Below are positions 31,940-45,715 of a stretch of DNA of 64,000 nucleotides, in pieces (the first letter of the stretch is position 1; every line of letters begins with the position of its first letter). Both the position numbers and the translations under genes were made by a program. Origin of the DNA: an uncultured delta proteobacterium (GTDB lineage Bacteria > Myxococcota_A > Polyangia > Polyangiales > Polyangiaceae); NCBI GenBank assembly GCA_963696385.1, contig CAVOKF010000008.1, positions 822,523 to 886,522 of the forward strand, read 5' to 3'. The notes beneath the pieces were generated by a model. That model did not search any database. It had not been told where the DNA came from and saw only the letters and a program-made list of their open reading frames with translations.

Positions 31940-33073
31940 ATGAACGCGGCATCGGAGAAAATTCCGTGGTTTCAGGTGGGGTCCGACCGGGTCCGCTTGC
32001 TCCGCGACGGCGAACAAGCGTTCCCCGCGATGCTCGACGCCATCGCAAGCGCTCAGCACGAAGTGCTGCTCGAGATGTACTGCATCGGAACCGACACGGT
32101 CGGTGAGCGCTTCCGAAGCGCGCTCGCCGAGCGGGCCCGCGCCGGAATCAAAGTGCGCGTGATTCACGACGCGCTCGGCAGCATGGGCGTTACCGCGGGG
32201 TGGTGGCGGCCCCTTACGGACGCCGGCGGGATCGTCGCCGAATACCACTCGGTCTCTCCCTTGAACCCTCGCTTTCGCATCGAGCGGATCGAGCGGCGCG
32301 ACCATCGCAAACTGCTCGTAGTCGACCGGCTGCAGGGGTTCACCGGCGGCATCAATCTAGCCGCTCAATGGTTGCCCGTCGGCCAAGGGGGCGAGGGCTG
32401 GCGCGACGACATGGTCGAGGTACGAGGCGACGTCACCGAAGAGCTGCGGACGCTTTTTTATCGCACCTGGCGCAAGCTCACGCGAGAAGCCCCACCGCTC
32501 GACGTCCGTCGGCTGTCTCGCCGCAGAAAGCGGCCCGTCTGGGTGCTCGTGAGCCAATGGCGAACGTACCGCAGCATGCACCGTGAGTACGTTCTGCGCA
32601 TCGGGCACGCGCGCAAGCGAATCGATATCGCAAATTCCTATTTCGTGCCCGACAGACGCCTTCGCGCGGCACTCTTCCGAGCGGTACGGAAAGGGGTGCA
32701 TGTCCGCGTCCTCGTCCCGGGCAAGAGCGACGTGCCGGTCGTGCAGTTCGCCGTGGAAGCGCTCTTCGAGGTCTTACTTCGTCACGGGGTCGAAATCTGG
32801 GCCCAGCCAGGGACGATGCTTCATGCCAAGACGGCCATCATCGACGACGAGTTCACGACGATCGGCAGCTACAATCTCGATGAGCGATCGTGGCGAAAGA
32901 ACCTCGAGGTGAACCTCGCGGTAGAGGATCACGATTTCGCGAGACACGTCCGATCATGGTACGAACGCGACCTTGCGTCGGCGACCCCCATCGCACTTTC
33001 GTCCTGGCGCCGGCGCTCGTTCGGCAGGCGTGCCTTGGAGTGGGCGGCGTTCGCGATGAGGAGACTCTGGTAG
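31940..33073 (+). CDS. Cardiolipin synthase / phospholipase D family (ClsB-like)
   Basis: Two HKD motifs: RDHRKLLVVD and LHAKTAIIDD...GSYNLD. Confidence 0.9.
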   Translation: MNAASEKIPWFQVGSDRVRLLRDGEQAFPAMLDAIASAQHEVLLEMYCIGTDTVGERFRSALAERARAGIKVRVIHDALGSMGVTAGWWRPLTDAGGIVAEYHSVSPLNPRFRIERIERRDHRKLLVVDRLQGFTGGINLAAQWLPVGQGGEGWRDDMVEVRGDVTEELRTLFYRTWRKLTREAPPLDVRRLSRRRKRPVWVLVSQWRTYRSMHREYVLRIGHARKRIDIANSYFVPDRRLRAALFRAVRKGVHVRVLVPGKSDVPVVQFAVEALFEVLLRHGVEIWAQPGTMLHAKTAIIDDEFTTIGSYNLDERSWRKNLEVNLAVEDHDFARHVRSWYERDLASATPIALSSWRRRSFGRRALEWAAFAMRRLW

Positions 33074-33074
33074 C

Positions 33075-33848
33075 GTGGTCCAGCGGATTCAACGCGAGGT
33101 CCGGCGCGTGTCGCGCATCGTCGGGTTCGGCGCTCTCACCGGAGCGATGGTCCCCGGATTCGTGGCGCACGAAGCCCTTACGGCAAAGGACCGGCGCGAC
33201 CATGTCCGCGAACGCTGGGTGAGCGCTTGGTGCTCGGCGCTCCTCGAAATTTTCGGAGTTCGCGTCATCGTCGACGGAGTGAGCCCGTCGCCCCGGACCG
33301 GCGGGCGCTTGGTCGTCGTCAACCATCGGTCGACCGCGGACATTCTCGTTCTTCTCCGTGCATTCGGCGGCCACATGGTGAGCCGCGCCGATCTCGCAAA
33401 CTGGCCCTTGGTCGGTGCCGCGGCGCGTGCCGTCGGAACGGTGTTCGTCGAGCGGGGCGACGCACTGAGCGGCGCGACGGCGTTGCGCTTGATTCGTTCG
33501 CATCTGACCCAAGGCTCAACGATCATCGTATTCCCCGAAGGGACGACGTTCGCCGACGACGAGGTGCAACCGTTTCAGGCCGGCGCCTTCGTGGCCGCCC
33601 TGCATTCGGGCGCCGACATCGTCCCGGTGGGTCTCGCGTACGAGGCCGGATCCGGAGCCGCTTTCGTCAACGAGTCGTTCCCGGCGCACCTTGCGCGCAT
33701 GGCTGCGGCGCCCCCTTCTCGGGTCGCCATGTGCATGGGACCCGCCATTGTCACGGACGAGAGTTGGCGCGCAGCCCGGCTGCGGGACGTCGCGCGTTCC
33801 GAGGTGCAGCGCCTCGTCGCAAACGCACGACGGATCGTCGACCGGTGA
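33075..33848 (+). CDS. Lysophospholipid acyltransferase (PlsC family)
   Basis: NHRSTAD, FVER and FPEGT motifs. Confidence 0.9.
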   Translation: MVQRIQREVRRVSRIVGFGALTGAMVPGFVAHEALTAKDRRDHVRERWVSAWCSALLEIFGVRVIVDGVSPSPRTGGRLVVVNHRSTADILVLLRAFGGHMVSRADLANWPLVGAAARAVGTVFVERGDALSGATALRLIRSHLTQGSTIIVFPEGTTFADDEVQPFQAGAFVAALHSGADIVPVGLAYEAGSGAAFVNESFPAHLARMAAAPPSRVAMCMGPAIVTDESWRAARLRDVARSEVQRLVANARRIVDR

Positions 33849-33867
33849 CGACGCGGCCGGCCCCGTT

Positions 33868-35951
<2,084 letters not shown>

Positions 35952-35975
35952 TCACCGAAGACTTCCGTGACATGT

Positions 35976-38066
35976 CTACTTCGCGCACCGGAAGCCGATG
36001 CCATAGCTGCGCTTGGTCGGCGAGTCCTTGTAACGAAACGTCGGTCGCACCCATGACGCGTACGATCCATTCCAGGCACCGCCGCGAATGACCTTCTCCG
36101 TACCCGTCGGAGGACCGCTCGGGCCCTTTTGCTCGTCGGCGCCGTATGCGGCGTACCAATCGGCGACCCACTCCCACACATTGCCCACGACATCTTGCAC
36201 GCCGTAGCGCGATGCCCCCTTCGGAAAGCTGCCGACGGGAGCCGTGTTCGGAAATCCGTCGTCGGCGTCGTACATAGCCTTCTCTTCGACACCGTTCTTG
36301 GCTCCCCACAAGACGCATTCGCGGCCGCAGGCATTGAGCCGATCGGCGGACGGATCGTCGTCTCCCCAAGGGTACTTTCTGCCGTCAGGTCCTCGCGCGG
36401 CAAACTCCCACTCGGCTTCTGTCGGCAGACGTCGCCCCTGCTCACGACAGAACTTGTCGGCCATGTCCCAATCGACGCAGTTGATCGGATGGCGCGCGCG
36501 ATCGACGGGGTCGCGAGCGTTGCAGAGCGCATCGAACGCCTTGCGGTCCTTGTCGTTCAGATCGTCCCACTGGTTCGTTACTCCGGCTCGCTTGCACCGG
36601 CCCCCGTCGCTGCACGCTTTGTACTTGTCGACGGTCACCTCGAATTCGTCAATGCAATAGGGCGAAACGACGACCTGATGCGCGGGCTTCTCGATGGGCA
36701 ACCCATCGTCGCTTCCCATGAAGAAACTGCCGCCGGGAATCGCGATCATGTCGCGCGGACATGCCGAGACGGCCGCACCCGCGACGGCTTTCGGTTCGCC
36801 AGATGGCAGCGACGCCGTACGGGGCGCACCACCCGAGGATAGGTCAGGCCCGACCGTCGCTCGGATGGCCCCGGGGCCTCGCGCGCCGAGGAAGGCCACG
36901 GCCGCGCCGATGGCGATGACCGCTCCGATCCCGAGACCGACGAAAAGCCCCATTTTCCCGCCACCCGAACGGTGAGTCGTGGACGTCCCCGTGGCCCGCG
37001 CGCGGGATGCCGTCACCACGAGCGACGACGGACCGTCCGTAGCCGACGCACTTGCGACGGTCTGCGCGGTTGCGAGCGGCGCACGCGACGGCGTGACCGG
37101 TCGCGGCGTAGGGTCGGCGGTCATTCGCAACGGATCCATGCGCATCGCCTCGCGCAAAGCATTCCAAAAATCGCCCGCCACCGGCCAGCGATCGGCCGGA
37201 TTTACCGCAAGCGCCTTGAGAAATATTCGCTCGACATCGTCGGAGACGGTCGCGCCGAGAGTTCGGGGCGTCGGGCGGCGTTCGGCACGCCCGGCCGCGA
37301 CGCCGAGCTGCAGAAAGTCGTCCCCCTCGAGCGGCTCGCGCCCGGTCATCGTCTCGACCATGACGAGGGCCAGCGCAAACACATCGGTCCATGGACCCGT
37401 CGCACCGTGGGTGCGCGAAAATTGCTCCGGGGCCCCGTAAGCCGGCGTGAAGCTCGTGACATGTCCGCTGGTCTTCGCGAAACTGCCCGCAATTCTTTGC
37501 ATGTCAGAGACCACTTTGGCGATGCCGAAGTCGAGGAGCTTGACGGTGACTTCACCGCGTGGATCGCCGATGACGAAGATGTTGCCCGGCTTGACGTCTC
37601 GGTGAGCAATCCCCTTGCGATGGGCGAGCGCCAGCGCCTCGGCCGCGGGTTCGAGCAACCGGACGGTGTCCGCGACGGTTCGCGGCGCCAAGCCCCGGCG
37701 CTTCTCGTCTTCGAGGACGGCCTCGAGCGTCCCACCCTCGAGCCATTCGAGCACCATGTAGGGAACGCGCTCCCCATTCGCGGTCTCGAGCATCCCGATA
37801 TCGCGCGCCTGCACGATCGCCGCGGTCCGAGCCGAGAGGTCCGCCAGCAATGCCCCTTCTTGGATGAACTCGTCGAGCAGCCTTTGACGGTCGGACGCAG
37901 ACCATTCCGAGAGGGCCTTGAACACCTTGAGCGCAACGGGCCGCTTCCAGAGGATATGCGTCGCTCTGTAGACGGTCGCGAAGCCTCCCTCCCCGACGAC
38001 GCCTTCGACGGCATACTTGTCGGCAATCGTGCGTCCGACAAGCTTCAGCGTGTCCGTACCCGGCAC
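35976..38066 (-). CDS. Ser/Thr protein kinase with TM segment and C-terminal FGE-sulfatase (SUMF1) domain
   Basis: GEGGFATVY, HRDVKPGN, DFG, APE; TM helix; RLPTEAEWEFAARG, GNVWEW; GGAGGA RBS before GTG 38066. Confidence 0.92.
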   Translation of the reverse strand: MPGTDTLKLVGRTIADKYAVEGVVGEGGFATVYRATHILWKRPVALKVFKALSEWSASDRQRLLDEFIQEGALLADLSARTAAIVQARDIGMLETANGERVPYMVLEWLEGGTLEAVLEDEKRRGLAPRTVADTVRLLEPAAEALALAHRKGIAHRDVKPGNIFVIGDPRGEVTVKLLDFGIAKVVSDMQRIAGSFAKTSGHVTSFTPAYGAPEQFSRTHGATGPWTDVFALALVMVETMTGREPLEGDDFLQLGVAAGRAERRPTPRTLGATVSDDVERIFLKALAVNPADRWPVAGDFWNALREAMRMDPLRMTADPTPRPVTPSRAPLATAQTVASASATDGPSSLVVTASRARATGTSTTHRSGGGKMGLFVGLGIGAVIAIGAAVAFLGARGPGAIRATVGPDLSSGGAPRTASLPSGEPKAVAGAAVSACPRDMIAIPGGSFFMGSDDGLPIEKPAHQVVVSPYCIDEFEVTVDKYKACSDGGRCKRAGVTNQWDDLNDKDRKAFDALCNARDPVDRARHPINCVDWDMADKFCREQGRRLPTEAEWEFAARGPDGRKYPWGDDDPSADRLNACGRECVLWGAKNGVEEKAMYDADDGFPNTAPVGSFPKGASRYGVQDVVGNVWEWVADWYAAYGADEQKGPSGPPTGTEKVIRGGAWNGSYASWVRPTFRYKDSPTKRSYGIGFRCAK

Positions 38067-38194
38067 GGTCTCCTCCTTGCCAAAGGCGCGATCATAACGA
38101 ATGCGTACGCCGTGGGAGAGCTCCGAGTTTCGTGCGCTTGACACAAATGGGGGGGTGGCTTACCTGGTCGGGCGCCGACGGCTCGAAGCCAACC

Positions 38195-38267
38195 GCGCAG
38201 GTAGCTCAGTCGGTAGAGCAGGGGACTGAAAATCCCCGTGTCGGCGGTTCGATTCCGCCCCTGCGCA
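38195..38267 (+). tRNA. tRNA-Phe (GAA), CCA not encoded
   Basis: GCGCAGGTAGCTCAGTCGGTAGAGCAGGGGACTGAAAATCCCCGTGTCGGCGGTTCGATTCCGCCCCTGCGCA cloverleaf. Confidence 0.97.
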
Positions 38268-38321
38268 CGAAATCAAGGGGTTTTTGATTCCACCCGGTCC
38301 AGAGAGTGTACCGAATTGGCA

Positions 38322-38686
38322 GTGTTTTTCCACACCGGTTCCACAGTCGATCTTCGAGGATTTGGGGTGAGAATTTGGCGCGGCGAATGGTTGCACCGGG
38401 CTCCTCGGTAGCCAGTTTTCCGCACACTGGATCCGGCATCTTCGTAGACCGCTGCCCATAAAAGCCGACGCCGCGTCGCGCGAAATGCCTTGGTCCAGCG
38501 GCCTTTGCGCGACGCTCCGCCGAGAATCGCTCGGTGACAACGGCGCAAGCTTCAGGCACTTGCCCACCTGCCTCAGCGCGTAACGTACACTCCCGAGACC
38601 GTCGGCCTCGCGCCAGCAGGCTTGACGTCGCGAAAGGCATGGCGCGCTGAATCGGATGTGTTTTTCCACACGGTTCCACAGTCGAT
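38322..38686. repeat. Two copies of a ~30-bp motif with paired TTCCACA boxes (38322-38351 and 38658-38686)
   Basis: GTGTTTTTCCACACCGGTTCCACAGTCGAT versus GTGTTTTTCCACA-CGGTTCCACAGTCGAT. Confidence 0.85.
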
Positions 38687-39632
38687 TCCTTGCTCGGCCG
38701 CGGCTCCGGCCGATCGACCGCGCGTTTTGGGTCATGGTCGCCCGTGCGTGGTCGCGGTGGGCGGAGTGCCTCGCGATCGTCGAACCGGCGACCGTGATCG
38801 CATGGCATCGGCGGGGCTTCGCTCGGTGGTGGGCATGGCGGTCTCGCCCCGTGGGTCGGCCGCCCCTGGCGCCGGAGCTGGTGAGCCTCATCGAGCAGAT
38901 GTCGCGCGAGAATCCGCTTTGGAGCCGCCGGAGAATCGCCGGCGAGCTCGCGAAGCTCGGACATGCCGTCGACAAGGACACGGTCGCGAAGTACATGCCG
39001 AAGCCAACTCCGCGACCACGCCGTCCCCCGTCGCAGACGTGGAAGACCTTTCTCCGCAACCATCTCGAGGCAACGATCGCGATCGACTTGCTGACCGTGC
39101 CAACGGTTACGTTCAACGTTCTCTACGTCTTTTTCGTCCTCTCGCTCGACCGGCGCCGTGTGCTGCACGTCAACGTGACGGCGCACCCGTACGCCGCATG
39201 GGCCGCGCAGCAGATCGTGAATGCCATCGGCGCGGAGAGTGTGCCGGCGCGGCTGATCCGAGATCGGGATGCCATCTTCGGCGCAGCCTTCGACGCACGG
39301 GTCGATCACCTCGGCGTCCGGCAGGTGCGAACCTCGCCACGTTCTCCGTGGCAAAACGGATACGCGGAAAGATGGATCGGTACGTTACCTCGAGAGCTGC
39401 TCGATCACGTCATGGTGCTTGGGGAGCGGCATCTGCTGCGCCTGCTCCGCCAGTATGTCGCCTATTACAACGAGGACCGACCTCACATGTCGCTCGGTCG
39501 CGACGCGCCGATCGCGCGCGCCGTCCAACCGCCCAGCGGTGGCAGGGTCGTCGCCCTTCCGCGCGTCGGGGGACTCCACCACCGGTACTCGAGAGCTGCG
39601 TGACTGCCGAACGAGTATTTGGCCACCACAGG
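38687..39632 (+). mobile_element. 5'-truncated IS-like element with an rve/integrase-core DDE transposase (ORF ends 39603)
   Basis: AIDLLTV / IRDRDAIF / PWQNGYAERWI DDE triad, GGLHHRY tail; no convincing start; putative right end ...TTTGGCCACCACAGG. Confidence 0.8.
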
Positions 39633-40038
39633 GGTCGGAGTGGCGACCGGGGCTTGCGGCCCGCCGCAGGTGGCCAGGCCGAGGAGGGAACAAGCACCGA
39701 AAATCATCGAGAGCTTCATGCGGGTCGTGCAGTACAAATGTCCTGCCGCGTCCGCAGCGCGCGCCCCTCGCGGCGATGCCGGCAGGCTCGAGAGGGCCAG
39801 GAGATTGGCTGCCGCCGAGGCTCAGGTTCGCACGTTGCGTGCAACTTTGGCGCAACGCGAGTCGGCGGAGCGCGCGGCCTTGCCGTAGCCACGACGGCGG
39901 CCGACGCTGCTTTCACCCGGGACGACCGGCTGTTCGCCGAGGCCGTAGACCTGCAGCACCTGAGGCGGACGCCGCACCCCGCTGTTCGTAAGCAGACCTC
40001 GTGCCAAGTGCGGATGACGGCTCGGCCCCTCGAACATT

Positions 40039-41880
40039 CTAGCGGCCTTCAACGGACCCATCCCACCAGTCGGCGAGCGCCCACTCGGTCGCGCCGTAGT
40101 AAAGGGGGAGCGTCGGCGGCCGCTTGAGGCGACGATTGTACATGACGTAGTGGTTCTTCAGCCAGCGCCACGGCAGCACGTAGGCCTGTGCCACCATGAC
40201 GCGGTCGAACGCATGGGCCGCGGTTTCGAGGTCGTGCTCGCTCTGCGCGTCGAGGATCCGGCCAATCAGGAAGTCGACCGCGGGCGATTTGAGCCCTAGG
40301 AGGTTCTCCGAGCCGGGGACGTCGGCCTCCTGCGAGGAGAAGGCGCGCAAGAGCTCCGGTCCCGGGTCGCGCGACTCCCGCAGCGCGATGGACGTGAAAT
40401 CGAAGTCGAAATTGCGGAGGTTCTCGCGGTCGACCGCAGGATCGCCGTTGCGGTAGACGACCTCGACGCCGAGCCTCTTGACGTTGAGATAGAAGGCCTC
40501 GAGCAGCGACGGCGAGCCGGACACCCGGAGGACGAACGGCTCCCCCTTGTCGTTGCGGAGGACGCCGTCGCCGCGGTTGCGCCAGCCCGCCTCCGCGAAG
40601 AGCCGCGCGGCCTCCCGCAGGTTTGCGCGGTAGCTGCCGGGAGGCGACGTGCTCGGCTGCCTCCGCATCGGGCCGAAGACCGCCGGGTCGAGCTCGCCGC
40701 GGTACGGCTCGAGCAGCGCGAGCTCCTCGGCGCTCGGCGACCCGCTCGCCGCGAGCGGCGTGTTGGCGAAGTAGCTCTCCTGCCGCTCGAACTGGCCGTC
40801 GAAGATCATCGTGTTGAGCCACTCCCAGTCGTACGCGTAGTCGAACGCGCGGCGCACGCGGATGTCTTGGAACTGCGGCCTGCGCAGGTTGAAGATGTAG
40901 CCGTTCATCGGCCGGGGGTTCTTGTGCGGAAGGAGCTCCTTCACGATCTCCCCGTCGTCGAAGCGCTTGCCGATATACTGGCAGCACCAGTAGCGCATCT
41001 TGTTTTCGAACAGAAAGTCGAAGTCGCCTGCGCGCATGGCGGCGACCTGTGTGTCGATGTCCTTGTAGAGCTTGTAAACGATCGTGTCGAAGTTGAAGCT
41101 CCCACGGCGGACAGGGATGTCGCGCCCCCAGTAGCGTGGATTGCGCGTGTAGATGACGTTCTGCCCCGAGGGCGACTCGTCCACGAGGTACGGGCCCGAC
41201 GCGATAGGCGGTTCGAGCTGGAGGGCATCGAACGGCGTCCTCCTGGCATCGGGCTTCTGGCCCCACTTGGGAGAGAAGACGGGGAGGCTGCCGGCGATGA
41301 ACGGCAGATCGCGGCCCTTGCGCTTGAACTCGAAGCGAACCGTGCGTGCGTCGACGACGACGACCCTGTCGATGTCCGTAAAGTAGGAGCGGAAGCGCGG
41401 GCTCGCCTTCGGCCCGTTCAGCGTGTCGAAGGAGTACTTCACGTCCCTCGCGGTGACCGAATCTCCGTTGGAGAAGGTCGCCTCCGCGTGGAGGCGAAAA
41501 GTAGCGGAGCTGAAATCGGGCGCCACCGCGATGTCCTCCGCCAGCAGGCCGTACTCGACGTGGAGCTCGTCGAGGTCGTACACAGCGAGCGTCTCGAAGA
41601 CCAGGTCGGTCAAGCCGGGGGCGGACTTTCCCTTCAGGCTGAAGGGGTTGTACTTGTCGAAGCTGCTGTTCAAGGCGATGGTCGCGAGGTTCAAGACGCC
41701 GCCCTTCGGGGCGTCCGGACGCACGTAGTCGAAGTGCTGGAAGCCGGGCGGGTACTTGGGTTCCCCGAACTCCGCCAAGGCGTGCGCGGCCCGGCCGGTC
41801 GACGGCCAGGTCAGGATGGCGGCGGCGATCACCGTCTCGAGGACGGCGAGGAGGAGGCGGCGGCGCGCGTTCGGGCTCAT
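40039..41880 (-). CDS. ABC transporter solute-binding protein, family 5 (YejA-like)
   Basis: Signal peptide; GEPKYPPGFQHFDYV.PDAPKGG, YGLLAE, SGPY, FNLRRPQFQDIRVRRA. Confidence 0.9.
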   Translation of the reverse strand: MSPNARRRLLLAVLETVIAAAILTWPSTGRAAHALAEFGEPKYPPGFQHFDYVRPDAPKGGVLNLATIALNSSFDKYNPFSLKGKSAPGLTDLVFETLAVYDLDELHVEYGLLAEDIAVAPDFSSATFRLHAEATFSNGDSVTARDVKYSFDTLNGPKASPRFRSYFTDIDRVVVVDARTVRFEFKRKGRDLPFIAGSLPVFSPKWGQKPDARRTPFDALQLEPPIASGPYLVDESPSGQNVIYTRNPRYWGRDIPVRRGSFNFDTIVYKLYKDIDTQVAAMRAGDFDFLFENKMRYWCCQYIGKRFDDGEIVKELLPHKNPRPMNGYIFNLRRPQFQDIRVRRAFDYAYDWEWLNTMIFDGQFERQESYFANTPLAASGSPSAEELALLEPYRGELDPAVFGPMRRQPSTSPPGSYRANLREAARLFAEAGWRNRGDGVLRNDKGEPFVLRVSGSPSLLEAFYLNVKRLGVEVVYRNGDPAVDRENLRNFDFDFTSIALRESRDPGPELLRAFSSQEADVPGSENLLGLKSPAVDFLIGRILDAQSEHDLETAAHAFDRVMVAQAYVLPWRWLKNHYVMYNRRLKRPPTLPLYYGATEWALADWWDGSVEGR

Positions 41881-42977
41881 CAGCGTGCTTCGCGGGCGTT
41901 GAGGGCCTGGCGGAGGCCGTCGCCAATGAAGGTGAGAAGGAGGATGGTCACCACGAGCACGCCGAACGCGGACAGCGAGATCCACCAGGCATCGAGGTTT
42001 TGTTTCCCTTGGAGGAGCAGGCGTCCGAGGCTCGGCGTCTGTGCCGACACGCCGAGCCCGAGGAAGTCGAGGCTCGCGAGGGCCGTGATGGCGGCGCTCA
42101 CGCGGAATGGCAAGAACGTAATGACGGGTGTCATGCTGTTCGGCAGGACATGGCGCCAGATGATCTGCCAGCTTGAGAGCCCGAGCGCGCGCGCCGCACG
42201 CACGTACTCCATCTGCCGATTGCGCATGGCCTCGGCGCGCACGTACTCCGAGAGGGGCACCCACCCGAACAAGGTGAGCACGATGAAGATGATGATGAAG
42301 CTGGTTTGAAAGATGGAAGCAAACACGATGAGCAGGTAGAGCTCCGGCATCGAGCCCCAGATCTCGATCAGGCGCTGCCCGATGAGGTCCACCTTGCCCG
42401 CGAAGTACCCCTGGACCGCTCCGATGGCGATGCCGAGCAACGTGCCGAACAGCGTGAGCAGGAGCGCGAAGGTGATCGAGATGCGGAAGCCGTAGAGGAG
42501 CAACGACGCGACGTCGTAGCCGGCGGTGTCGGTGCCCAGCCAATTGCGCAGGGTGGGCTTGCCCGGGTGGTGCTTCTCGGTCGTGAAGTAGTCGAGCGTG
42601 TCGTAGGAGTAGGCGTGGATCGGATAGAGCGCGAACTGGCCCGGAGAAGAGAGCTGCGCGCGGATGAAGGGGTCGTTGTAGTCCGCCGCGATGGGGAGGT
42701 CGCCGCCGAACGTCGCCTCCGGGTAGTCGTGCAAGAGCGGCAGGTAGACGCGGTGGTCGTAGTAGACGAAGAGCGGCTTGTCGTTGAAGAAGAGCTCGCC
42801 GGCGAGGCTGAAGCCGTAAAGGGACAGGAACGCAACCAGGCTGCAGTAGCCGATCTTGTGCCGTCGGAAGCGCTGCCACGGGGTCAGCCGCTCGGGCAGG
42901 GCCATCGCCTCCTGCGCCGGCGCGCCGTCGAGCAGGTCGAATTCGTCGTCGTTGGAGCTTGTTTGGGCAGATGCCAT
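41880..42977 (-). CDS. ABC permease (YejE-like)
   Basis: WQRFRRHK, NDKPL, NWLGTD, YGFRIS, EYVRAARALG, RHVLPN. Confidence 0.9.
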   Translation of the reverse strand: MASAQTSSNDDEFDLLDGAPAQEAMALPERLTPWQRFRRHKIGYCSLVAFLSLYGFSLAGELFFNDKPLFVYYDHRVYLPLLHDYPEATFGGDLPIAADYNDPFIRAQLSSPGQFALYPIHAYSYDTLDYFTTEKHHPGKPTLRNWLGTDTAGYDVASLLLYGFRISITFALLLTLFGTLLGIAIGAVQGYFAGKVDLIGQRLIEIWGSMPELYLLIVFASIFQTSFIIIFIVLTLFGWVPLSEYVRAEAMRNRQMEYVRAARALGLSSWQIIWRHVLPNSMTPVITFLPFRVSAAITALASLDFLGLGVSAQTPSLGRLLLQGKQNLDAWWISLSAFGVLVVTILLLTFIGDGLRQALNAREAR

Positions 42978-43001
42978 GATGACCGTCCGCTTTCTCGTGG
43001 A

Positions 43002-44069
43002 TCAGTCCGCCTGGGCCTCGAACTGGATGCGGGGGTCCGCGATCGCGTAGGCCACGTCCGCCGTGAGCTTGGTGAGCAGGGCCACCAGGGTGAACACGTA
43101 GAGGCTGCCGAGGATCACCGGGTAGTCGCGGGCGGTGATCGACTCGAACGACAGGAGGCCGAGCCCGTCGAGCGAGAACAGCGTCTCGATGAGGACGCTC
43201 CCGGTGAAGAAGGCGGCGATGAACGCGCCCGGGAAGCTCGTGATGAGCGGCAGGAGCGCGTTGCGGAAGACGTGCTTCCACACCACGTCGCGCTCGCTCA
43301 GGCCTTTGGCGCGCGCGGTCAAGACGTAGTGCTTGCCGAGCTCGTCGAGCACGGTGTTCCTCGTGAGCAGGGCCTTGATCGCGAAGTTGCTGACCACCGC
43401 AGCAGTCACCGGCAGGGTGACGTGCCACAGGTAGTCGCGGATCTTGCCGAAGACCCCGAGGTCGTGGAAGTTCTCGGAGGTGAGCCCTCGCAGCGGGAAG
43501 ATGTCCCAGAAGGAACCGCCGCCGAGCACCACGATGAGGAGCACACCCAGCACGAAGCCGGGTAGCGCGTAGCCCGAAAGGAGGAGCAGGCTCGTGGCCA
43601 GGTCGAACCGGCTCCCTGAGCGAACGGCCTTGGCGATGCCGAGCGGCACCGAGACCAGGTACGTGAGCAGAAATGTCCAGAGCCCGAGCGACATCGAGAC
43701 GACGAACTTGGAGCGGATGAGAGTCCACACCGGCTGGCTGCGGAAGTAGCTCTCGCCCAGATCGAAGCGAAGAAAGCGCCCCACGAGGTGGAAGTAGCGG
43801 CTGCCGAGGGAGCGATCGAAGCCGAACTGGCGCTTGAGCTGCTCGACCTGGGTCTTGTCGATGCCCTTGCGGCCCGTGTAGTTGAAGAGGCTGCTGGTCT
43901 CCGTGGTGTTGTCGGAGCCGGCCTTGGCGCCGCTCTCGAGATCGATGCGGTGCAAGGCCTGATCGACCGGGCCTCCGGGGACGAACTGGGTCACCAAGAA
44001 CGTCAGCGTGATGACGCCGAGGAGCGTGGGGACGAGGAGGACGAGCCGCTTGACGAGGTAGGTCAGCAT
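43002..44069 (-). CDS. ABC permease (YejB-like)
   Basis: QFVPGGPV, FDLGESYF, YVLTARAKGL, HVFRNA, DPRIQF. Confidence 0.9.
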   Translation of the reverse strand: MLTYLVKRLVLLVPTLLGVITLTFLVTQFVPGGPVDQALHRIDLESGAKAGSDNTTETSSLFNYTGRKGIDKTQVEQLKRQFGFDRSLGSRYFHLVGRFLRFDLGESYFRSQPVWTLIRSKFVVSMSLGLWTFLLTYLVSVPLGIAKAVRSGSRFDLATSLLLLSGYALPGFVLGVLLIVVLGGGSFWDIFPLRGLTSENFHDLGVFGKIRDYLWHVTLPVTAAVVSNFAIKALLTRNTVLDELGKHYVLTARAKGLSERDVVWKHVFRNALLPLITSFPGAFIAAFFTGSVLIETLFSLDGLGLLSFESITARDYPVILGSLYVFTLVALLTKLTADVAYAIADPRIQFEAQAD

Positions 44070-44097
44070 GTCTTGGGGCAGCCGGATGGGGAGGGCC

Positions 44098-45699
<1,602 letters not shown>

Positions 45700-45715
45700 C
45701 GTCTCTCCGCCCGGG

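Noticed and set aside
38322..38686. Replication origin suggested by DnaA-box-like 9-mers
   Set aside because: Only two consensus matches, no AT-rich unwinding element and no dnaA/dnaN nearby.
39633..40038. Short ORF 39619-39888 after the IS
   Set aside because: Starts inside the IS end and has no recognisable homology.
41881..43728. N-terminal half of the 1229-aa ORF 40039-43728
   Set aside because: Off-frame read-through across the two permease genes; the real SBP starts at 41880.
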